Of a DNA stretch of 64,000 nt, positions 41,087-52,510 are shown piece after piece. Under the pieces are notes generated by a model that was not told the origin of the DNA, searched no databases, and worked only from the letters and a program-made list of their open reading frames with translations. This DNA is from Verrucomicrobiota bacterium (GTDB lineage: Bacteria > Verrucomicrobiota > Verrucomicrobiia > Limisphaerales > AAA164-E04), in NCBI GenBank assembly GCA_047947115.1, contig CP170459.1:4064001-4128000 (forward strand), given 5' to 3'. The translations under genes and the position numbers were made by a program. Every line of letters begins with the position of its first letter. Position 1 is the first letter of the stretch.

Positions 41087-42475
41087 TCAGGAATGGATAG
41101 TTCGGTCATCCACGGACAGGGCGGCTTCTTTCAACGCTTCGGAAAAGGTGGGATGGGCATGGCAGATACGTGCCAAATCCTGACTGGTGGCCTGTCGTTG
41201 CATGGCGACAGCGGCTTCATGAATGAGTTCTCCGGCATTTTCCCCAAGAATATGCACACCCAAAATACGGTCTGTCGCCTCATCGGCCAGCATCTTAACC
41301 CAACCGTCCACATCCCCCGTCGTCCGGGCGCGTCCATTGGCTCTGAAATGAAACATCCCTTTCCGGTATGCGACGCCTCTCGTCTGCAAAGACTCCTCGT
41401 GGGCACCGATCATGGCCAGTTCAGGATGTGTATAAACCACGGCAGGGATCAGGTCGTAATCGACATGTGCTTCCTTACCATACAACTGCTCAGCAAAAGC
41501 AACCCCTTCTTCCTCAGCCTTATGAGCAAGCATCGGGCCTCGAATGACATCTCCAAGTGCGAAGAGGCCCGGAACATTCGTCTCAAACCGTTCGTTCACA
41601 CTGATGCACCCGCGCTCATCCATTTGAACCCCCAGTGCTTCCAGTCCCAAATTGGCGGTAAAAGGTTTGCGTCCAACGGCAACAAGCACATGACTGCACT
41701 CGATAACCTCCCCTCCATCCAGTTCAATGCGACAACCATCCTCGTCACGTGTTGCAGACAGAACCTTTTTCCCAAATTGAAATGACAATCCCTGCCGATG
41801 AAGGATGCGTTGGGCCTCCCGGGCGGTTTCTCCATCCATACCCGGGAATATTTGCGGCAACATTTCCAAAACGGTTACCTTGGAACCCAGGCGATTCCAG
41901 ACTGACCCCAGTTCCAACCCGATATAACCGCCGCCGATCACGACCAAATGCTCGGGAACGGACTCAAATGACAAGGCTTCCTGGCTGGTCACAATCCGTT
42001 CTCCGTCAGTTGGAACCTGAGGTAATGCGACGGGTTGGCTCCCGGTTGCGATCAATATGTTCTTGGTCTGAATCATGGAATCACTCCCGTCATCGGCCAA
42101 CACTCGAACCTGGCCGGGACCGGTGATGCCGGCCTGCCCTTGGATGGAGGTAATCTTGTTTTTCTTGAACAGGGTTTCCACTCCCTTCCCAAGCATGGTC
42201 ACCGTCTGCTGCTTGCGCTTCATCATGCGTGCAAGATCCAGACGAGGAGAATCGACAAGGATGCCGTGCTGGGCGAGCTGTTTGCCCGCAAACACAAAAT
42301 GCGCGCTGGATTCCAGCAGTACCTTACTCGGGATGCATCCCACCCGAAGACATGTCCCCCCCAAAGAGGGAGCCTTGTCCACACAGGCTACTTTCAACCC
42401 GAGTTGCGCCGCACGTATGGAGGCGACATAACCACCCGGACCGCTGCCAATCACCGTCAAATCAAATTCGCTCAT
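41087..42475 (-). CDS. lpdA: Dihydrolipoyl dehydrogenase
   Basis: GSGPGGY, GGTCLRVGCIPSK, GGGYIGLE, MLAHKAEEEG, HAHPTFSE. Start 42475-42505. Confidence 0.95.
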   Translation of the reverse strand: MSEFDLTVIGSGPGGYVASIRAAQLGLKVACVDKAPSLGGTCLRVGCIPSKVLLESSAHFVFAGKQLAQHGILVDSPRLDLARMMKRKQQTVTMLGKGVETLFKKNKITSIQGQAGITGPGQVRVLADDGSDSMIQTKNILIATGSQPVALPQVPTDGERIVTSQEALSFESVPEHLVVIGGGYIGLELGSVWNRLGSKVTVLEMLPQIFPGMDGETAREAQRILHRQGLSFQFGKKVLSATRDEDGCRIELDGGEVIECSHVLVAVGRKPFTANLGLEALGVQMDERGCISVNERFETNVPGLFALGDVIRGPMLAHKAEEEGVAFAEQLYGKEAHVDYDLIPAVVYTHPELAMIGAHEESLQTRGVAYRKGMFHFRANGRARTTGDVDGWVKMLADEATDRILGVHILGENAGELIHEAAVAMQRQATSQDLARICHAHPTFSEALKEAALSVDDRTIHS

Positions 42476-42581
42476 CTCAGTCATCACGTTAGGTTGGGAA
42501 ACCATAGGTGGTTCCGATCGGACATGGGAGAAAAAACGGATCTTTTATGTTGGTCAACATTGCTCCAATCATTCCTCATGC

Positions 42582-44441
42582 CTAAGGCTGATCCTTCGAA
42601 GATTCAAGGCGCTTGGCTGATTGGAGTATGACCTCATTTGTTTTTAAGAGAATCATCTCTTCGGGTGTGTTGTTGTATCTCACGGGAGGGATCTCCTTAC
42701 CTGAAACATAGAGCAAATTGGATTCCACAACATTGGTGGAGGCGCGGTGAAAGCGCAAAGGTGAGCGATCAATATTATAAATCAAATTTCCTTTCACTGT
42801 AAACCCGGTCGTTCCTTCGTCCAGAAACATGCCATTGCTCTCGGCGCGACCCAGGTTCAATGGAACATCATGAATCACATTACCCTCAATTCGACTATTC
42901 GGCTGACGTCCAAGTGTGTAGATACCACCACCATCCGAAAGAACCTGCATCACGTGGTGAATGCGATTCTCGAGGATCAAATTGCCTTCAACCGGCGTCG
43001 GAACAGGACTCCACATCCATCCCAGCGAAATACCGGTATAAGGTAAATGCCGAATGGTATTTCGCTCCAACCGGGTTTCACGCGCAAATCCAACCCATAT
43101 CCCAACGGCCCCGAAAAACTGATTTCCGCACTCCTCAACCAGGTTTTCCGCAATTTTGTTCCGTGAGGAAATCTGATCAGGTGCAGCCTGCCACCAGGTT
43201 TTGCCATCTATGTGGCGAGAGTAATCCTCACCTATCATGATTCCGTTGCCGGCCACATGATGCAGATGATTATATGTAATCCTGTTGTTGATCGACCAAG
43301 CACCCAGATGTAATCCGGATGTACCGACATGACGCAATTCATTTCCCTCAAAAGAACAATTCTGCACAAATTGCATTTCAACTGCGGCTGGAATGAGTTC
43401 CCGCAAAGCCCCTCCCTCCCCAAAGCGTCTTTCATGATAGGTGGCCTGTCCGGCGGCATACCCATTAGCTGGGATCGGCCAGGAGGTGTGTTCCAGAATG
43501 AGCCCCTTGATGTTGACATTCTGAAATGGCTTTTCCGGAGTTCCGATCACCCGTATCAGTTGGGATGCCAATGGAATGACAGCGTCGAGGTCCTCGGTTG
43601 TTTCCCCATCACAGGGCATGTAAAGAAGTTCTTTTTCCTTGCGATCCAGATACCATTCACCAGGTCCATTTATAAAACTCCTGGAATGTTCGAGGTAATA
43701 CCGGGGATGGCGCTCGAAATTATCGATGGCAAAATGAGGTGCATTCGGGCCTATCGGATCGGTAACTGTCAAAACGCGCCGGGTAAAATCCACTGCTTTC
43801 ACTCCAACGCGGGATGTGGACCAATCATGAAAAAACACCAGTTCACAGTGATCCAAATCAGGGATCGGATTCAGATCTCCCTCATGGAACGAGAAACTGG
43901 TCCGACGGTCCTTGCCTGAAGATTCAATGCGCAGAAAATCATCATCAGGATATCGTGCCCGTGTGGCCCGATGTTGTCCGACGAAGAGTTCTCTCACGCC
44001 AGTCAAATCTCCCGGGTATTCGGTAAGCGATGCCTTGAACAACCCATCGTCTCTCCTCACCCAATGGGGAATCGGCCACCCTCCAGAAACAATGGATTGT
44101 TTGCCGGCAAGAGACCGAATTGTGAGCGTAAATGGCCTCCTTGGCCATTCTGAAGATCGGAATTCCCAAGGATCCGAGATCCGGAAAGTCCCCCCCATCA
44201 AGACCATCGTCACTTCAATGTCGGCAGTGTCGTGCGCATGTTCCCAAAGAAAAGAACGGGCGAGTTCGCTTGCACGTTGAAGTGTGAACACCGGCGATTC
44301 AAACCGTCCATCGTGATTGTCGTCACCCGCTTGGCCAACGTAAATGACTCGTTCCAAATGCTGCCCCCCTTGAGCCATGAACGAAATGCATAATAACATT
44401 AGAAGTGCGACAACTGCGCTCGATTTTTTTGGGGTAATCAT
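42582..44441 (-). CDS. Secreted right-handed parallel beta-helix protein (probable glycoside hydrolase/lyase)
   Basis: Signal peptide, RARYP, PGEWYLD, PbH1-like repeats, PYTGISLGW, DGGGIYTLG.Q, LDEG. Confidence 0.82.
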   Translation of the reverse strand: MITPKKSSAVVALLMLLCISFMAQGGQHLERVIYVGQAGDDNHDGRFESPVFTLQRASELARSFLWEHAHDTADIEVTMVLMGGTFRISDPWEFRSSEWPRRPFTLTIRSLAGKQSIVSGGWPIPHWVRRDDGLFKASLTEYPGDLTGVRELFVGQHRATRARYPDDDFLRIESSGKDRRTSFSFHEGDLNPIPDLDHCELVFFHDWSTSRVGVKAVDFTRRVLTVTDPIGPNAPHFAIDNFERHPRYYLEHSRSFINGPGEWYLDRKEKELLYMPCDGETTEDLDAVIPLASQLIRVIGTPEKPFQNVNIKGLILEHTSWPIPANGYAAGQATYHERRFGEGGALRELIPAAVEMQFVQNCSFEGNELRHVGTSGLHLGAWSINNRITYNHLHHVAGNGIMIGEDYSRHIDGKTWWQAAPDQISSRNKIAENLVEECGNQFFGAVGIWVGFARETRLERNTIRHLPYTGISLGWMWSPVPTPVEGNLILENRIHHVMQVLSDGGGIYTLGRQPNSRIEGNVIHDVPLNLGRAESNGMFLDEGTTGFTVKGNLIYNIDRSPLRFHRASTNVVESNLLYVSGKEIPPVRYNNTPEEMILLKTNEVILQSAKRLESSKDQP

Positions 44442-44702
44442 GGCTGAACCATACTGGAAAATGACCTTCGAGGTCCAATATGAAATCCGGTCTCATCGTT
44501 TTCAAAACTTGTGATCGCTGCACGTTATATTCCTTCCCGATTGTTGACAAAGGACGTGATTTACTGGTGTTCATGAAGCCCATAGAAAAAAACTATCCAA
44601 TAACCGAGTATTTCGCTTGACCGGGTGTGGAGGCTTGAAGCGGAATGTTATCCAATGACAGTCCAAACCAGATCAAGGAAGCAACCCGGAAATGCCAGGG
44701 TC

Positions 44703-47700
44703 ATGCATTTCAAAAAAATCATGGCTGCGAATCGCTCCGAAATCGCGATCCGCGTGTTCCGGGCCGCCACAGAACTTCGACGGCGTACCGTCGCGGTTTA
44801 TGCTCAGGAAGACCGCTTCTGCATGCACCGATTCAAAGCGGATGAAGCCTACCAGATCGGCAAGGGCAAGGGACCGGTGGCTGCTTATCTGGACATTGAC
44901 AGCATCGTTGAAGTCGCCGTGGCCAAGGGCGTGGATGCCATTCATCCAGGTTATGGTTTTCTGAGTGAAAATCCTGATTTCGCCCGGGCCTGTGCCAAAG
45001 CCGGAATCACCTTCATCGGACCACGTCCGGAATTGTTGGACATGATGGGAGATAAGACTGCGGCCAGAGCTGTGGCTCAACGCATCGGCATTCCCACACT
45101 ACCCGGCACCGACGATCCAGTTTCAGAACGAAAAGAAGCGATCAAACTGGCCAAGGAAATAGGTTTTCCACTGATCATAAAGGCTGCCTTCGGTGGTGGT
45201 GGACGGGGCATGCGCATCGTTCGGTCGGAATCAGAATTACCATCCCTGCTGGATGAAGCACAGGCTGAAGCGGAACGTGCCTTTGGTAATGCTGCCGTTT
45301 TTCTTGAGAAATTCATACCTCACGCCAAACATATTGAAGTGCAGATTCTGGGAGATCGGCATGGCAATGTCATCCACCTTCATGAACGCGATTGTTCCAT
45401 TCAGAGACGTCATCAAAAAGTGATCGAAGTCGCCCCCAGTTTTGGACTGCCCGATGCGTTGGTGGAACAGATGTGTGCAGACGCCGTGCGCTTGGCCAAG
45501 GAAATCCGCTATGAAAATGCGGGAACGATCGAGTTCCTCTATGATCAGGACGGACAACAGGCTTATTTCATTGAGATGAACCCCCGCATTCAGGTGGAAC
45601 ACACGGTTACAGAAGAAATCACCGGCGTGGACCTTGTGCGCAGTCAGATCATGATTGCCCAGAATTACCCGCTGAGCTCACCCGAGCTGGCGATCCCCGC
45701 TCAAGATCAGATTCCAAGAAACGGTTATGCTATCCAGGCACGTGTCACGACGGAGGATCCTGCCAATCATTTCATGCCCGACTATGGTAAATTGCTGGCC
45801 TACCGATCTCCCGGAGGCCTGGGGATCCGTCTCGATGGTGGAATGAGCTACTCCGGCGCGGTCATCACACCTTTTTATGATTCGATGCTGGTAAAATTGA
45901 TCACACATGGAGGTTCCTATGAGATGGCCATGGATCGGATGCATCGGGCCTTGAGTGAATTCCGCATTCGCGGGGTTAAAACCAATATTCCATTCATTGA
46001 AAACGTGATTGCTCACCCAGAGTTCCGCTCGGGGCAGGCGACTACACGTCTCATTGATCAATCACCCGAACTGTTCGAATTCCACCCAAGACGTGATCGA
46101 GCTTCAAGGCTCCTAAAGTATCTGGGAAATGTCACGGTCAACGGCAATCCTCATATCAAAACCCCCACCCCTGAACACCAGGTCATGGCCCCGGACGCCA
46201 TCCCCTTTCACCCAGACACGCCATGCCCGAAAGGTACGCGAGACTTGTTGCTCGAATTGGGCCCGAGGAAATTAGCCGAATGGGTTATGAAGCAAAAGCG
46301 CCTGCTGGTGACTGATACCACCTTCAGAGATGCGCACCAATCCCTGATGGCCACCCGAATGCGTACCTACGACATGTTGGGATGCTCGGACTTTATTGCG
46401 CGCGAACTGGGAAGTGAAAAGGATGGACTGTTTTCACTGGAAATGTGGGGGGGAGCCACGTTTGACACCACTATGCGATTCCTGAATGAGGATCCCTGGC
46501 AACGTCTCCGTACTCTGCGGCGCCGCATCCCGAACATCTGCTTTCAAATGTTGTTTCGTGGCAGCAACGCCGTGGGGTATTCGAATTATCCTGAGAATGT
46601 TGTGGCTGGTTTCGTCAAGCATGCGGCGGAAGCGGGTATGGACATCTTCCGGATTTTTGACAGTTTGAATTATCTCCCTAATCTGAAGGTCGCCATGGAG
46701 TCCGTGCAGGACACTCATGCCATATGTGAAGCAGCGATCTGCTATACCGGAAATATTCTGGATTCCAAACGTGACAAGTTTTCCCTGCAATATTACGTCA
46801 AACTCGCCAAAGAACTCGAAAGGATGGGAGCGCATATGCTCGCCATTAAAGACATGGCAGGTCTCTGCCGGCCACTGGCGGCACGCAAGTTGATCAAGGC
46901 CTTAAAACAGGAAGTGGGCATCCCCATCCATTTCCACACTCACGAAACCGCCGGCGTACAAACCGCCACCATCCTGGAATCAGCACAAGTCGGCGTGGAC
47001 ATAGCCGACCTTGCCATCGCCTCCATGTCGGGCAGCACTTCTCAACCCAACATGAATTCACTGGCGGTGGCGCTCGAGGATTCCCCCAGAAAGACAAAGC
47101 TCAACATAGGGGCCCTCAACAGACTGAGTGATTACTGGGATCAGGTACGCGATGTTTATCAGCCTTTTGATACCGCTCCAAAAACAGGTAGCGCCGATGT
47201 GTACCTGCATGAAATGCCCGGTGGTCAATATACCAACCTTAAGGCACAGGCGGCCAGCATGGGTGTCGCTCACCGATGGAACGAAATCGCCAGGACCTAT
47301 GCAGACGTCAACACCCTGTTTGGCGATATCGTCAAGGTAACTCCTTCCAGCAAGGTCGTCGGTGATATGGCGCTGTTTCTTTTCAGCCATGGCATCAAAC
47401 CCGAAGATGTCGTCAATCTAGAACCCGGCGAACAATCCTGGCCGGAATCGGTCATCGATATGTTCAAAGGTGGCCTAGGCTGGCCGGACGGTGGGTGGCC
47501 TGAAGCGGTATGGAAGGTCATTCTCTCTCCCGAAGATTACAAAAAAGCGCGTCAGCGGTACCGGGCAGACGTCAAGCGTGGTCGCCCCAAGGCATCTCCG
47601 CCGTTGAACCTGGAAAAAACCCGCAAGGAACTGGCACAAAAAATCAAACGCAAAGTCAACAAGGACGATCTGTATGCCTACCTCATGTACCCCAAGGTAT

Positions 47701-48188
47701 TCCTGGATTATGAACGCCATCATAAGGAATTCGGAGAGGTCAGCGCCCTCCCCACTCCCAGTTTTCTCTATGGTCTTCACCCCAGCGAGGAAATTGCAGT
47801 CAGCATTGAGGAAGGTAAGGATTTGTTCATCCGGCTCATCAACGTTGGTCAACCCGATGAGAATGGCCAGTGCGCCGTCACTTACGAGTTGAACGGCATC
47901 GCACGTGATACGATGATCACAAACGAAACCGTGGCTCCCAAGGGGATTCAAAGGGTCAAGGCGGACGATGCCGATGCCAAACAAGTGGGCGCTCCCATCC
48001 CTGGCTTGATTGCCGAGGTGCTTGTCTCTGTCGGACAAAAAGTAATTAAAGGAGAACGAATGATTATGATGGAAGCCATGAAGATGCAAACTTCCATCAA
48101 TGCTCCCTGCGATGGACATGTTGCCGAATTGTTGGTTCAATTCGGCGAAAATGTCGACATCAAGGATCTGCTGGTACGTTTGAAGTAG
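44703..48188 (+). CDS. pyc: Pyruvate carboxylase
   Basis: Biotin carboxylase domain (ANRSEIAIR, HPGYGFLSEN, ERDCSIQRRHQK), carboxyltransferase domain (DTTFRDAHQSL, IKDMAG) and biotinyl EAMKM. Confidence 0.97.
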   Translation: MHFKKIMAANRSEIAIRVFRAATELRRRTVAVYAQEDRFCMHRFKADEAYQIGKGKGPVAAYLDIDSIVEVAVAKGVDAIHPGYGFLSENPDFARACAKAGITFIGPRPELLDMMGDKTAARAVAQRIGIPTLPGTDDPVSERKEAIKLAKEIGFPLIIKAAFGGGGRGMRIVRSESELPSLLDEAQAEAERAFGNAAVFLEKFIPHAKHIEVQILGDRHGNVIHLHERDCSIQRRHQKVIEVAPSFGLPDALVEQMCADAVRLAKEIRYENAGTIEFLYDQDGQQAYFIEMNPRIQVEHTVTEEITGVDLVRSQIMIAQNYPLSSPELAIPAQDQIPRNGYAIQARVTTEDPANHFMPDYGKLLAYRSPGGLGIRLDGGMSYSGAVITPFYDSMLVKLITHGGSYEMAMDRMHRALSEFRIRGVKTNIPFIENVIAHPEFRSGQATTRLIDQSPELFEFHPRRDRASRLLKYLGNVTVNGNPHIKTPTPEHQVMAPDAIPFHPDTPCPKGTRDLLLELGPRKLAEWVMKQKRLLVTDTTFRDAHQSLMATRMRTYDMLGCSDFIARELGSEKDGLFSLEMWGGATFDTTMRFLNEDPWQRLRTLRRRIPNICFQMLFRGSNAVGYSNYPENVVAGFVKHAAEAGMDIFRIFDSLNYLPNLKVAMESVQDTHAICEAAICYTGNILDSKRDKFSLQYYVKLAKELERMGAHMLAIKDMAGLCRPLAARKLIKALKQEVGIPIHFHTHETAGVQTATILESAQVGVDIADLAIASMSGSTSQPNMNSLAVALEDSPRKTKLNIGALNRLSDYWDQVRDVYQPFDTAPKTGSADVYLHEMPGGQYTNLKAQAASMGVAHRWNEIARTYADVNTLFGDIVKVTPSSKVVGDMALFLFSHGIKPEDVVNLEPGEQSWPESVIDMFKGGLGWPDGGWPEAVWKVILSPEDYKKARQRYRADVKRGRPKASPPLNLEKTRKELAQKIKRKVNKDDLYAYLMYPKVFLDYERHHKEFGEVSALPTPSFLYGLHPSEEIAVSIEEGKDLFIRLINVGQPDENGQCAVTYELNGIARDTMITNETVAPKGIQRVKADDADAKQVGAPIPGLIAEVLVSVGQKVIKGERMIMMEAMKMQTSINAPCDGHVAELLVQFGENVDIKDLLVRLK

Positions 48189-48321
48189 CTTTTACGTTCC
48201 ATTTGAATGCGGTTCTCTGGTGGAAGTTTTGTTTTCCTAATATTTTTGTTTGCGTTCTGATCAATCTGTGTGAAGGATTGAAAAACATCACAAAAAGGAG
48301 AACTTAACAACATTCAACCAC

Positions 48322-48576
48322 ATGCCGGACAAACGCTCTCGTGATGATTCTTCTGTGCATGGGCACGGTTCCTCGCGTTCGGATCATCAACATCACCACC
48401 ACCGACATCGTCGCAAACGTCGTCGATCGAGGAACCATGGTGGATCGGTCAAATCGATCAACAATGGGCTGCTGTTGTTTGCGGTCATTCTTGCTTTTGT
48501 CGTGGCATTGGGATTTTGCTTGTGGATGATCATTCCTCCTTTGTTGCAATATCTCAGTCAATCAACCCATTGGTGA
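48322..48576 (+). CDS. Small His/Arg-rich single-pass membrane protein
   Basis: HQHHHHRHRRKRRRSR followed by a hydrophobic helix; AAGGAG lies further upstream. Confidence 0.6.
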   Translation: MPDKRSRDDSSVHGHGSSRSDHQHHHHRHRRKRRRSRNHGGSVKSINNGLLLFAVILAFVVALGFCLWMIIPPLLQYLSQSTHW

Positions 48577-48671
48577 GACATAACTGTCCAGAAAGCAGTG
48601 TTGCTTTGGACCTACAGACCTGTTGAATCCTGTACTTGTTTAAATTCATTTTCCGGGCTTTAATTTGCCTT

Positions 48672-49976
48672 ATGCCAAATTCAATAAAGCGTTCTCGGGT
48701 GCAATTCATCATCGCTACCATGTTGATTGCCGGATTGCTGGTGACGGATGTGGTCATGGGTCAAACAAACCAGTCCCTTGCCATACCCGCAACCGATGAC
48801 GGCTTGCCGGGTGCCGGACCTGTCCGCCGCTACGACTGGTTCCAGAACCTATGGCTCCGTAAGCGAACAGGCTGGAGCGAACGTGTTCGGGAAGATCAAA
48901 AAACCCTGGTGTTTTTAGGTGATTCCATCACCCAGGGATGGACGGACGCGTTTCATGGCCACTTTGCTGATCTTGCCAAATCCAACAGAGGGATCAGCGG
49001 GGATACTACGCGCGGGGTTTTAATCCGGATGGAAAAGGATGTTCTTTCTCTAAATCCGACCGGTATTGTTCTGTTGATTGGAACCAATGATTTAGAAGAA
49101 GGCGCATCGCCGGAAACAATCGCTGGCAATTTAAAACTCATTCTCGACAAGCTTCAGGCCCACCGATCGGACATGCCTGTCATTTTATGTCAGGTATTTC
49201 CAAGCGATGCTTCCAAAAAGCGACCTGCGGATGCTATCAGGGAAATCAACAAACGATATGGCGATTTAGCAAAAAACTACTCCCAAGTCACCGTCCTCGA
49301 CACCTGGACACTTTTTGCAGACGCAAACGGTAACGCCAAAGAGCCCGAATTCCCTGATCTTCTCCATCCAAACGAACGTGGATACACCAAGTGGGCCAAG
49401 GCACTTCAACCTTTGCTGGCCACCACAGGTTTTGTGGAAACAACCCGTGAACGCTTCAAACCCGAAGATGGTTTTATTTCGCTTTTCAATGGAAGAGACC
49501 TGACAGGATGGGGATTCCGCGACATGAAATCCATGATTCAAAAATCCGATTTCTCCGGGCTAAAACAATCCGATGACGGCCGTTACCAGGTCATCAACGG
49601 TCGCATCGTCGTCACCACTCCGCCTGAGGGACATCGCATCCAACAAATGTGGACCACCAAAAATTTCCCTGAAAATTTCATCCTCAAACTCGAGTTCCGC
49701 GCAACACCGAATGCTGATTCGGGCGTGTTCATCCGAAGACCGCAACTTCAATGCCGGGATTACCCGCTCGCAGGTCCCTACAAGGAATTGAAGCATTACC
49801 GTGCTCAGGAATGGAACGAATTGATCATCGAAGTAAGGGACAACGTGGCCCACTGCACATGTAACGGAGAAATCCTGGAGGATGCCCTAAACCTTCCGGC
49901 AACCGGTCCTATCGGACTGGAAGGTGATCGTGGTCAAATGGAATATCGTCGGATCCGGTTGAAGCGTTTGCCGTAG
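48672..49976 (+). CDS. Secreted SGNH/GDSL esterase fused to DUF1080 (3-keto-disaccharide hydrolase-like) domain
   Basis: FLGDSITQGW, NRGISGDT, IGTND, DLLHPN..GY; then SLFNGRDLTGW, NF.LKLEF, DSG, WN, GPIGL. Confidence 0.87.
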   Translation: MPNSIKRSRVQFIIATMLIAGLLVTDVVMGQTNQSLAIPATDDGLPGAGPVRRYDWFQNLWLRKRTGWSERVREDQKTLVFLGDSITQGWTDAFHGHFADLAKSNRGISGDTTRGVLIRMEKDVLSLNPTGIVLLIGTNDLEEGASPETIAGNLKLILDKLQAHRSDMPVILCQVFPSDASKKRPADAIREINKRYGDLAKNYSQVTVLDTWTLFADANGNAKEPEFPDLLHPNERGYTKWAKALQPLLATTGFVETTRERFKPEDGFISLFNGRDLTGWGFRDMKSMIQKSDFSGLKQSDDGRYQVINGRIVVTTPPEGHRIQQMWTTKNFPENFILKLEFRATPNADSGVFIRRPQLQCRDYPLAGPYKELKHYRAQEWNELIIEVRDNVAHCTCNGEILEDALNLPATGPIGLEGDRGQMEYRRIRLKRLP

Positions 49977-50077
49977 TAGACATTCGGATGATGGTCATCC
50001 GTCATTGGTATTGTCACGAGGATCAAAACAATAGAAGGCCAATACGGTGAAAACACCTTGTTGAAACGTCTCACATT

Positions 50078-52510
50078 TCAATAGTATTTGAATTGCACTG
50101 ATACCATCGCCTCCTTGTCGCAGACCGTTCTTACCCAATAAGCGCTGTATCCCAATGGAAATCGATGGTGTAAGTTTTTACCCCCAGTGATTTCGAATGT
50201 ATCATACGGTAACCACAAACCAGTCCCATCGATATCCACTTCCAAACGGACATTCACATCTCGATCCGACCAGATTTTGAGCTGCTTGTGGTCGTAACCC
50301 GTCATGAGATAGGGATCGGATGCCTCCCCCGCTTCAACTTTTGTTTCCATCCATGGTCCGCCCAGCCCACGCGGTTTTCCCAACTGCCATAAATCATCCA
50401 CAACTCCCGCCCAAACTGCGGCCTTTCCGTCCTCGCTTCAAAAGATACGATCACTTTTCGTGACATCATCCATGCCGGTGAAAAACAACAAACCATTGTG
50501 AGAGCAAAAATCATGAATCTGAAGTTCATGTGTGGCGATGGGGCGCATCTTCGCTAATCCTTGAGCATTGCGGGCGGGCAATTCATAGAACGTACCATGA
50601 ATATTCAGCAAGTCTCGTTCGGTAGCCACTTCTCGGCATACTCGAGCGATTGAAAAACCTCCTTGGATATCTGGCCCCTTAAATTCATCCGATTTCGGAA
50701 TTCGATATCGTATTCCATCCTCCTCGATTACCACCGAAGCGGCATCCACCGAGTATTCCTGGGAGGGCTGGCTTACGTCAGATACCAGTTGATGCATAGC
50801 AACCGGATCCTCAACAGATCTCAATTCCATTTTCGGAGTGAGAGTGTAGAATCGGGCGTCATCCCCCGAAACATCTGACGCAGCCACGATACCCAATCGA
50901 TCATGCGCAAGACTGCGCATCAACCCGTAGGTCGCAGCTGTGACTTTGGGAGAAGCAATGCCATCAAATATCGCGTTATTCGTTGTGCTCCGACTGTCCT
51001 TGTCTCGATACTGAAAGTGGACGGTGACTCCTTTGGCATCCGTCTGGCACCTGACTCGAACCCATGCTCCCACTTCATCCTGGTTAAACAGATAGGAATG
51101 ACTTCCTTTTGCTTCGAGTGTCCAGGTATGAATCTTGGTCCATTGGTTGTTACCATCCTGATCCACCTCCAACTCCATGGTGATCTCCAGATCCGACTGA
51201 TGTTGTATATGAATCTGCCGATAATCGAATCCCGAAAACAAGTAAGGATCACTCACTTGCCCCGCGCCGACCTCGTCCCGCAACCAAACCGAACCACGAC
51301 CGATCGCAGGACCCAAGTTGTCCAATCTTCCGGGTTCAACAAACCATAAGTTGGAGTTGGATTGTTTGGGAGCTCCATGAGCGGCCTTGAAGGAGCGTTT
51401 GTTTAAAAACTCAGCGCGCGCCGAATCGTCGCAACCCAGCACCACCCGATCTCCCCATCGACAAAAATCACCCACCACTTTCAGATAATTGGATCTCGGG
51501 GCAATTCCGGAAGATTGATGCCTGGAGAAGGCTTTCGGAAATTTCCAGAACGTTCCATGCATCGTTGCCAATAAATCCTCTTCGCCAATTTCCCTGATGC
51601 GGGGCCACTCTGTGTTCCATCCATGTGAACCGTCATAGCTGTGACTTCCTTTCGGTAATCGATAATAAGACCATTCCCCCGCCTCCAATAATCCCAGTAT
51701 CAGCGAACGTGCATCCCACCCGAATGCCCAAATAGGATCTTCAGCCGGGTGTGGATTGCCATAGATACCACCCGGCCCGGTCACTTCACAGAATTGATTG
51801 CGGCGTATCATCTGCCAATCCCCTTCAGCTGTCCAGCGAGCCAGGGATCCGGATGCGATGGTCGGATCACGACTGACGTCCGGGTGGCGTTCTCCGTTAT
51901 TGGCATAAATCAACTGCCCCTGACCGGAATACATCCCCTTGCCATGGTATCCGGGCAATTTCGAAACCAAGCCCACATCCGGTGCTCCGGAATTGCCGTC
52001 TCGAATCAAACAGTGTACGTCCAGGGTTCTTAAATCCACTTCGTATAATCCCTCCTCCATGGTTGCATAATACATTTTGTGCTCGGGTTCACTCAGATGA
52101 CGTGCGTTGGCGGTCAATCGACCAAACATTTTATCCGGTGAAATGACACGTATCTCACTTTGGGCGTTGATGACATAAGGACCGATCAGCAACTGTTGGG
52201 ATTCAGAATGAATCATTCGGTTCGCCGGGGTTCCTCCAACACTGCCCTTGAAGATGATTTGGTCCAGGTCAGCCGTTATTTCGTAAAGCTTATCTGTCGA
52301 GCCACCTGGTTGATGCGGAGCGTAAGTAACGGCCCATAACCTGCCTTGCCAGGGTACCACTGCGCCTGTCCCGCACTCATTTTCATCGTTCCACATGGTC
52401 AGATGAGGGTAAATACCTGAAATCTGAATGGGATGCTGATCAGCTCCATACAAGTTCACCAGATAAAACCGGGAACAGATCAACCAGATACAAAACACAC
52501 GAAAATTCAT
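50078..52510 (-). pseudogene. Secreted hypothetical beta-propeller-like protein interrupted by one in-frame TGA
   Basis: ORFs 50438-52510 and 50078-50401 share a frame: ...SDRIF*SEDGKAAVWAGVVDDLWQLGKP. The downstream part repeats an internal module (G.G.VW....V.AG..SDPYL..G.D). Confidence 0.75.

Noticed and set aside
40286..41785. 499-aa plus-strand ORF
   Set aside because: Antisense shadow of the SLC13 permease and lpdA; no recognisable motifs.
7082..50440. Alternative genetic code explaining the in-frame stops
   Set aside because: The interruptions use TAA, TAG and TGA once each, and all three codons end conserved genes normally here.
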